A stretch of 64,000 nucleotides of DNA. Source: Candidatus Rubrimentiphilum sp. Its GTDB lineage: Bacteria > Vulcanimicrobiota > Vulcanimicrobiia > Vulcanimicrobiales > Vulcanimicrobiaceae. Under the pieces are notes generated by a model, which had not been told where the DNA came from, made no database searches, and saw only the letters and a program-made list of their open reading frames with translations. This document shows positions 59,984-64,000 of this stretch, piece after piece. The position numbers and the translations under genes were made by a program. Where the stretch lies: contig DASUIF010000003.1 of NCBI GenBank assembly GCA_036273135.1, positions 122,742 to 186,741 on the forward strand, read 5' to 3'. The stretch's first letter is position 1; every line of letters begins with the position of its first letter.

Positions 59984-60616
59984 ATGAGCGCCAAGTTTAC
60001 CGGCGGAAGCCTCGACAAAGCCAGACTGGATACACTGGTCGACGCCGTGTACGCGATCGCGCTGACCCTGTTGGTTTTGGATCTGAAGTTGCCCGACGGG
60101 CTGCGAACGTTTGAGGTGCCTGCTCACCTCCGCGACATGCTGCCAAAAATGGCTATCTATGCGATCGCGTTTTCGACCGTGGCATTGCTGTGGGTTTGCC
60201 ACCATTATTACTCCACGCTCGTCACGGGCACTGACTTCACGCACGTGATGCTCAATCTTTCGCCGCTCTTGCTCGTTTCGCTGGTCCCCTTTACTGCCGC
60301 CGCGATGGGCGCCTATCATAACTCGTCATGGGCGGTTGCGACATTCACGCTCAACGTCGCGCTGATTTGTTTTCTCTACGTTCTCAATTGGGCGCATTGC
60401 AGACGGCGGCTGGTTCCGGCGGAAGTCGACCGGCGCTTGCTCGATACGATGTCCGCGAACGCATGGTATTCACTCGCAGGTGAAATCGTAGCGACCGTCT
60501 TGGCATTCATCATGCCGGTTCTCGGTATTGCCGTTGCGGCCATTATGGTGCCCGCGGGATTCGCCGCGATGGCGCGCCTAGAACACCGTATTATGGACGC
60601 GGTGAAAGAGTGCTAA
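59984..60616 (+). CDS. TMEM175/DUF1211-family putative potassium channel
   Basis: 210 aa from ATG 59984, 1 nt after the OMT stop. TM1 signature RLDTLVDAVYAIALTLLVLDL. Six hydrophobic helices. Confidence 0.7.
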   Translation: MSAKFTGGSLDKARLDTLVDAVYAIALTLLVLDLKLPDGLRTFEVPAHLRDMLPKMAIYAIAFSTVALLWVCHHYYSTLVTGTDFTHVMLNLSPLLLVSLVPFTAAAMGAYHNSSWAVATFTLNVALICFLYVLNWAHCRRRLVPAEVDRRLLDTMSANAWYSLAGEIVATVLAFIMPVLGIAVAAIMVPAGFAAMARLEHRIMDAVKEC

Positions 60617-62148
60617 GCGCCGTACCAGCGAAGCCGCGGCCACAGTTCATTCAGGGGCGCGATGGGTTGCGTGCAAAGAAAAATCGGCGTAGGTCCCTCG
60701 ATCGCCCACCGCAGCGGGTCGACGAACGTGCCCGCCAAGACGACGCGGCGGAAAAGGACGCGGAGCAGATCGACTTGCGACGCCCCGATTGCCAGCACCG
60801 AGCTTCCGTCGTAACCGCCGGTGCCCCAAAGATAATACTGATTTTGCGCGCTGATCGGTTGGGGAAGCCCATATCGCGGGCCGTAAAACTCAATGGCGGC
60901 GGCGCCTGCGTACGTATCGGAAAATATCGCGGTGCGGCGGCGCCGGCTTTCGGGCAGTGCGTTGTACACATCCGCAACGCGGCGGGTGAGGCCCTCCCAT
61001 CCGAATTCGTCCGCGAAAAGTGGCTGGGTCAGACGCGCGGGCTCGTGGTCGCGCCCCGTTAGCCCGAGGAGTTTCGAATAACCGATGAGCCCCTGCGCTG
61101 AAAGCGCTGGAATAGTGAACGGCGCGAGCAGCGTTGCGGAAATCAACACGACACCGGCCGCAAGCGCGCGCCAAACCGGGCGCGTGTTCCAAGCGCGTTC
61201 GAGCGCGACCCACCCGGCGCAGATCAACGGCGTGTAAACTCCCGCGATGTAATAACCTTTGCCGTTAAGCAGCGCGGCCGCCGCCAGCAACAGCAGAAAC
61301 GCGATGGCGATAAAGCGGTACCGGCGGAGATCTGAAGCGCGGAAGAGCGCGACTGTGCCCGCGATCCATATGGGCGCCGCAACGGGGTTTGCAAACAACA
61401 GTTGCTCCAGGAAGAAGACGCCCGCGTTTACGAGCGGCTGCCGGAACTCGAACTGCATCCCGGAGTTAAAGACGTGCCGCCCCAGCACATCGCCGCGCAG
61501 TACCGCAAGCATCGGAAAGCCGTGCGCAGTCTGCCACCAAAGGTCGGGTGCGAGAACGACAAGCGTACCAAGCGCTGCCAGCGCGAACGCGCGACTGCGC
61601 AAAACAGCCCGCTCGGGCGTGAGCAGCAGCCCGGCCAGCACCGCCGCGGCCAGCAGAAACATCGAATACTTTCCATACAGTCCAAACGTGACGGCGGCGG
61701 CAATGGCTATCCACCAGCGCGGATCGCGCGTTCGCACCAAACGTATTACAAAATAGATTGCCAGCGCCCAGGTTAGCGGCTCATACGACGTCGTCGTCAG
61801 CGTCGTACCGAGAAAAAGATAGGCCGGCGTAAGGGCAGCCGTGAGTCCGGCAACGCGCTGCGACCAAACGCCGCCGCCAAGCTCGCAAGCGATGGCGCAC
61901 GCAAGATATGCTGTTGCGCCGGCTGCGATCGCAACGGTGAAACGCAGCGCAACGAGTTCGTAGTGGGCCGGCGCGGCCAGCCAAGAAACAAAAGCCGTGA
62001 GCGGCGGCATATCCACGTAGCCCCACGCCAAACGTTTCGCACACGCGATGAAGTAGAGCTCGTCGCGATAGTAACCGTAGCGCCAGGAGACCGCGATGTG
62101 CGTCACCGCCGTCAGAATCCCGAGCGCCGAAGCGAACCGCTTATCCAA
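60613..62148 (-). CDS. Membrane glycosyltransferase, ArnT/PMT-like (GT39/GT83-type)
   Basis: 511 aa, polytopic N-terminal two-thirds. Early loop motif YYRDELYFIACAKRLAWGYVDMPPL. Soluble C-terminal domain. Confidence 0.75.
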   Translation of the reverse strand: MDKRFASALGILTAVTHIAVSWRYGYYRDELYFIACAKRLAWGYVDMPPLTAFVSWLAAPAHYELVALRFTVAIAAGATAYLACAIACELGGGVWSQRVAGLTAALTPAYLFLGTTLTTTSYEPLTWALAIYFVIRLVRTRDPRWWIAIAAAVTFGLYGKYSMFLLAAAVLAGLLLTPERAVLRSRAFALAALGTLVVLAPDLWWQTAHGFPMLAVLRGDVLGRHVFNSGMQFEFRQPLVNAGVFFLEQLLFANPVAAPIWIAGTVALFRASDLRRYRFIAIAFLLLLAAAALLNGKGYYIAGVYTPLICAGWVALERAWNTRPVWRALAAGVVLISATLLAPFTIPALSAQGLIGYSKLLGLTGRDHEPARLTQPLFADEFGWEGLTRRVADVYNALPESRRRRTAIFSDTYAGAAAIEFYGPRYGLPQPISAQNQYYLWGTGGYDGSSVLAIGASQVDLLRVLFRRVVLAGTFVDPLRWAIEGPTPIFLCTQPIAPLNELWPRLRWYGA

Positions 62149-62155
62149 CGTCAGG

Positions 62156-63166
62156 TTAGGCGGCGTCCAGGCGCGGCGGTGTTACCGACGCGATGAAACT
62201 CAGCAGCAGCGAAAAGAGTCCCGCATAAAAGATCGTTCCTGCTGCAAAGAGCGGATCCCACCACGTGCCGCCCATGAATGCAACGGTGAAAAAAAACAAG
62301 ACGGCAGCGTAGATCGCGGGAACCGCAAATGCGAAGGAGCCAAACCAGCCGCGCGAGCTGAAATACGCCGGCGCGCGGGCGAGAAACGCATCCCCTGCGA
62401 TTCCGGCTGCGACGCTCGCTGCCAAGACCGAGACCACGTCGAGCCATCCGAGCGAATGGGCAATCGCGATGAGCCCGTTGCCCAGTACGAACAGTATCGT
62501 GAGGGCTCCCGGCCGCAGACAGAAGTTACGCACCAGGTAAAAAGCGGTTCCCATCATGAGCAAACTCTGAAGAACGACGGCGATCAGCGAACCGCCCTGC
62601 TGATAGAAATGAATGGTCATCAGCGTCAGCGCGTTTGCATCGAGTTCGTGCGGCACGAATACTCCGAGCGATCGCGCGGCGTCGGTGCGAAAGAAGACCT
62701 GCGTGCCCCAATGCATCAGTTCGAGGATGGCCGCCGCCGAGATGATCGCGGGTAATTGTTGCGCCAGCGTGGCGGGCCGCGGATTTTGGGAGACAGCGGC
62801 ACGGATCGGCCCCGAAATGATGAGCAGCACACCGGCGCCGATCACTTGGTGCGTCGGGCTCAAGAGCGCATCGAACCCCGCTTCGAAACCAAAGAAGAGG
62901 TGATTGATCATGTCGGCCATTCCGCCGAGCAAGAACACGAGCACGCCAACTGCCGACCACCAATATGCCGGGCCGAGCGCGGCGGAGAGAGTTTCGTTGC
63001 GGCGCCGCGCGCCGGCGTAGCGCGATCCGATCAAATACAGCAAAAGAAGAAGCCCGGAGTAGAGCAGAGCGTGCGCCCAGGTAAAAAATGTGTCGACGTC
63101 GTGGCGGATATGCCATCCGGCGTCGGTATATAAGCCGGCGATGGTCCAGTAACCGGCCAAGGCCAT
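62156..63166 (-). CDS. Polytopic membrane protein, function unknown
   Basis: About 10 hydrophobic helices; its stop lies 8 nt upstream of the ArnT-like start. Start taken at ATG 63166 to avoid overlap with the divergent lipoprotein gene (ORF track: 63253). Confidence 0.5.
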   Translation of the reverse strand: MALAGYWTIAGLYTDAGWHIRHDVDTFFTWAHALLYSGLLLLLYLIGSRYAGARRRNETLSAALGPAYWWSAVGVLVFLLGGMADMINHLFFGFEAGFDALLSPTHQVIGAGVLLIISGPIRAAVSQNPRPATLAQQLPAIISAAAILELMHWGTQVFFRTDAARSLGVFVPHELDANALTLMTIHFYQQGGSLIAVVLQSLLMMGTAFYLVRNFCLRPGALTILFVLGNGLIAIAHSLGWLDVVSVLAASVAAGIAGDAFLARAPAYFSSRGWFGSFAFAVPAIYAAVLFFFTVAFMGGTWWDPLFAAGTIFYAGLFSLLLSFIASVTPPRLDAA

Positions 63167-63231
63167 CGCCCAGTCGAACCGCCTCAAGAGTCCAGGGTTC
63201 GCAAGGTCATCATTCGAACCTGCGCAGCTCG

Positions 63232-63657
63232 ATGCGCGCACAGCCGATCGCATTTGCGGCCGCGCTCGCCCTGTTGGCGGCGTGCGGATCGCATCCCGAA
63301 GCCGGTCCTCAAAAAGATGTCACGATCGGCGTCGTCACGCCGTGGCCCGCCACCGTTTACGTACCCCAGAACGATCCGCCGAGGATCCTTGCCGCGCAGT
63401 TCTCGTCGTCGGTGATTCACGCCGGTCAGTGGTGGTCGGGAAAAGTTGCGACGACCAGCAACGTCGCGGTCGTCGAGCTGCGATCGCCGTCGTTTTCCTT
63501 CATCTTGCACCGGTCGGCCTACGGCCAATTTTCCTTCAGGACCAGGGTCCTGGCCGTGCCTTCGATTTACCGGCGCGGATTCGTCGCGGCACTGGTGGCC
63601 CGCGGCGCCGGCGGCGGATTAACCGACGCGCGCAGCGCCGAGCTCGTTTTTCGCTAA
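63232..63657 (+). CDS. Small lipoprotein, function unknown
   Basis: MRAQPIAFAAALALLAACGSHPE lipobox from ATG 63232. The Arg-rich 5' part of the ORF-track ORF was discarded. Confidence 0.5.
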   Translation: MRAQPIAFAAALALLAACGSHPEAGPQKDVTIGVVTPWPATVYVPQNDPPRILAAQFSSSVIHAGQWWSGKVATTSNVAVVELRSPSFSFILHRSAYGQFSFRTRVLAVPSIYRRGFVAALVARGAGGGLTDARSAELVFR

Positions 63658-64000
63658 CCGTAAGAGCGGCGTCGCGACCGCCGCGACGGCCAGATTGACC
63701 AGCAGCGCGTAAAACGCGATATATCCCGGCAAAGTGATGCCGGCATGCAGGGGAAAGATCGTCGTTGCAAACTTTGTTGACTGCGCCATCCACGTCGCGG
63801 TCGCCAGCCCGGCCGCCCAGCCCGCGAGCAAGGCGTGGCGGTGAAACCACACCGTGTATAAGCCCAGGATGACCGCCGGGAAAATTTGGACGATCCAAGA
63901 CCCGCCGAGCAACTGAAATTCGATCGCGTAAAGCGGCTTAATGGTGAGCGCGATCGCGAGCCCGCCTGCGAGCACGAGCAGCGCGATGATGCGCGCGGTG
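63619..64000 (-). CDS. Sodium:solute symporter family transporter, C-terminal part (5' end beyond the window)
   Basis: The frame stays open to nt 64000 (TARIIALLVLAGGLAIAL...). TM-rich, and similar to the C-terminus of the 56065-57525 paralog. Confidence 0.7.
   Translation of the reverse strand, partial: TARIIALLVLAGGLAIALTIKPLYAIEFQLLGGSWIVQIFPAVILGLYTVWFHRHALLAGWAAGLATATWMAQSTKFATTIFPLHAGITLPGYIAFYALLVNLAVAAVATPLLRLAKNELGAARVG

Overview
This is a 64-kb, high-GC bacterial chromosomal window. Hand counts of typical 60-nt lines give about 60-70% G+C. It is densely coding on both strands, with roughly 50 supportable protein genes. I recognised no rRNA, tRNA, CRISPR array, transposase or integrase. 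Outer-membrane-barrel genes and lipoboxes suggest a diderm from a poorly studied lineage; I cannot assign taxonomy from the sequence alone.

Gene content:
- RNA polymerase beta (rpoB, 10755-14666) and beta' (rpoC, 24791-28606).
- Two paralogous CarboxypepD_reg + TonB-dependent-receptor-like barrels.
- Two DHA2 MFS pumps and two sodium:solute symporters.
- Three MalT-type STAND ATPase regulators.
- An OmpR/histidine-kinase pair, an HD-GYP protein, a BNR/sortilin-like protein and a Cas4-like nuclease/SF1 helicase giant.
- Envelope glycosyltransferases and assorted metabolic genes: ltaE, yqjG, a delta-9 desaturase, an M20 amidohydrolase, a Tag-like glycosylase, a CrtI-like oxidoreductase and an O-methyltransferase.

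Observations most worth a second look:
1. rpoB and rpoC are separated by 10.1 kb of unrelated genes on both strands. rpoB has its own terminator and rpoC its own near-consensus promoter.
2. A single ORF fuses a multicopper oxidase to a ZIP metal permease.
3. The cluster of three MalT-like STAND regulators. One carries a C-terminal SARP-type wHTH+BTAD output, with phased heptamer repeats upstream. Two are tandem LuxR-output paralogs in a patchy low-GC tract.
4. A stand-alone Cas4-like nuclease / RNase-H-like / DNA2-Upf1-like helicase of 1159 aa.
5. An uncharacterised gene starts 6 nt after rpoC.
6. An outer-membrane barrel whose terminal beta-signal is internal, followed by a 374-aa extension. 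This gene is translationally coupled to a two-component system.

All functional calls rest on motifs read by eye. No database search was run.
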